From Takakia lepidozioides (Eukaryota; Plantae; Bryophyta), in the NCBI GenBank assembly GCA_030704615.1, contig CM060732.1:44702001-44766000 (forward strand): a stretch of 64,000 nt of DNA, given 5' to 3'. A program made the position numbers and the translations under genes. Under the pieces are notes generated by a model that made no database searches, was not told the origin of the DNA, and saw only the letters and a list, made by a program, of their open reading frames with translations. Position 1 is the first letter of the stretch; every line of letters begins with the position of its first letter. This document shows, piece after piece, positions 62,057 to 64,000 of this stretch.

Positions 62057-64000
62057 ATGGCGGCATCGGAGGAGATGAGCTCCCTCTTCCCAATTTTCAT
62101 CCTGTCGGTGGTGGGATTGTTCACCGTGCCTTGGACAGTTTATCGGCTTACGAGGGCTCTGACAAGTCAAGGCAAAAATCTGCACTGCCGCTGCTCCGAG
62201 TGCATGCGATCTCCCAAGTACCAGACTTCACTGGTGAAGCGGGTCAGTGTTTCGGATCTCCCTCATGTGCTCAAGTGGCATGGAAATTAGGGCGAATTAT
62301 GTCTGCATCAAACTTGTGTATGTAGAGATAGAGGCGCGAGGAGTTAATGTTGAGTTCAACATGGCTGCTCAGCGTAGAAGGATATGTCTACTTCTAATCA
62401 GGTCGAAACAGCTTGGATATCCCTTAGCTACTTGTTTTCCGCTCTTGATCGATTATGTGAAGCAGTGGCATCTACAGCGTGCAAAGTAGACAGAGAGAGG
62501 TAGACGGTAGCAATTCGGATTTTTCACCCCCAATCAGGGTTTAAGTCAGTACAGATCCAACAATTGTGTCTATCCAGAGCATGACCTCAAGTAGCTGCTA
62601 TTCTCTGAAGCGTGGCGACCAATGACTGTGGCACACTTCATATTAATTGAACTACCATCTTGCCCGTGAAGCACCAACCAAGCGGACACGCACAGTGTTG
62701 GTGTCTTAGCTTGCAAGTTTTAATGCGAATCTATTTAGATCGTTGAGCAGAAAGTCTCATGTTCCTTTGGGTCGAATTTGCATATTGAGCACTCCGTTGG
62801 ATATGTCTCACCCCCCCCCCCCTTAATGCCCACTTACGTCCTTAAAATCCATTAGTTGCCGCCCTAAGGATGCCTGACAGTCTTATTATTCTCTGGATAT
62901 CAGGGACAAGCTGCCTGCATAGTGTTGCTTGTTGGCCTAGGTACTCAGCCTAAACTAGGCCTGCAGGATACTACTCTTCCCGGGGAGCATACTGTCTCCC
63001 CCATTTAGTGATGACCCACTTATGCCCTAAGGGGCATTTGTTCCTGCCTTATGGATGCCTTACAGTCATATTAGTCACTGGATATTACCACCAAGCTGCC
63101 TGCCTATTGTTGCTTGTTTGTCTGGGTACTAAGTCAAATCTGGGCCTGCTGGCCAGAAGCCAGTCATGGGTGTATGATACACAGTCCGAAATTGCCATAG
63201 CAGTCAAGGACAGCAGATGACAGTCAGGCTGCAGGGAATTGGGTGTTAATATAAGGGCTGGTGCCGATGTCATAGAAATTTTGCGGTACGTGTGCCTGTG
63301 ATTGCACTGCCAGAATCTCTGTTGTGTGGAAAGGTTAGTGGGCTAGAGAGCAATAGCGAGAAAAATGGAATTCTGGCAGTGCTGTCTTAACCAAGCTGTG
63401 GCCATATGTTGTGGGGTGGGGGTGTGGCGGGAGCAGGTTGGGAGGGTGTCAACATGCAGCAATGTGACAGTCGTGTTCCTGTGGATCATCATGGGTTTTC
63501 TGGTCTACTACATCAAGCTTATCACTCGTGAGGTTTGTCTGTCCTGTCTACATTTCTTCTTTGCAACTCAGAGCTTAGAGTGAGTGAGTTCAGAGTTTAC
63601 TAGGCTGGCACATTGATATATAATTCTTTGCAACTCCGTAACCTTCTTTGCACTACTTACATGGATATGCCAACATCACCCTCCACCCCCTTTTCCCTCT
63701 CTACTGTTACCATCAATCAACTCCCATCGAAGAAATAGTAATGTCATGCTTTGTATCTCAAATTCTGAAACTAGGTTTTCCTGGCTGTCTCTGTGCATTG
63801 TGGTTATCAGTTTTTAGGTTCTCACACTACCATATATTGCCGCTTGTGGTTGGGATCAGAGTCAACTATTTGAGCCTTACTCAATCCTGGGGCTCGAAAG
63901 TGGTGCATCTGATGGAGACATAAAGAAGGCATATCGGAGATTGTCAGTTCAATATCATCCAGACAAAAACCCTGATCCTGGTGTGTATATAATTCCTATA
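62057..64000 (+). CDS. ERDJ2: SEC63/ERDJ2 ER translocon J-domain protein, 5' part
   Basis: Exons 62057-62242 ([17 protein letters not shown]...CRCSEC), 63437-63532 (TM segment) and 63860-63980 ([10 protein letters not shown]...[24 protein letters not shown]-domain). Confidence 0.95.
62866..63150. repeat. Diverged direct repeat (~100 bp core, ~185 bp period) in ERDJ2 intron 1
   Basis: ggatgcct.acagtc.tatta...ctggatat...caagctgcctgc.ta.tgttgcttgtt.g.ct.ggtact.ag...aa.ct.ggcctgc occurs twice. Confidence 0.7.

Overview
Eukaryotic nuclear DNA from a land plant with many organellar RNA-editing (PLS/DYW PPR) genes. It looks bryophyte- or lycophyte-like, but the species cannot be determined from the sequence alone. 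Apparently intact spliced genes: histone H3.3 (runs off the left edge), an LRL-type bHLH, an ICE1/SCREAM-type bHLH, a plant TPR protein and SEC63/ERDJ2 (runs off the right edge). The segment from ~2 to ~28 kb behaves like an inverted, decaying block. An NF-YB11/DPB4-like histone-fold gene is split across it, with exon 1 on the minus strand at 28.4-28.6 kb and exons 2-3 on the plus strand at 2.1-2.9 kb. Between them lie only damaged genes: a ParB/Srx-like multi-exon gene, a ~9 kb mosaic of PPR-DYW fragments (with captured cytochrome P450 and OSB/PDF-motif pieces, punctuated by Helitron-like 3' ends), a Cu/Zn-SOD with start-codon and splice lesions, a BTB/POZ pseudogene and LINE remnants. At 37.8-45.9 kb a head-to-head pair of PPR genes keeps long open PLS arrays but has broken N-terminal exons and broken DYW domains. 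Mobile elements with clear termini: a TTAA/CCC piggyBac-type non-autonomous element and a hAT MITE nested in a tRNA-derived SINE. All exon models were read by eye and need RNA-seq confirmation.
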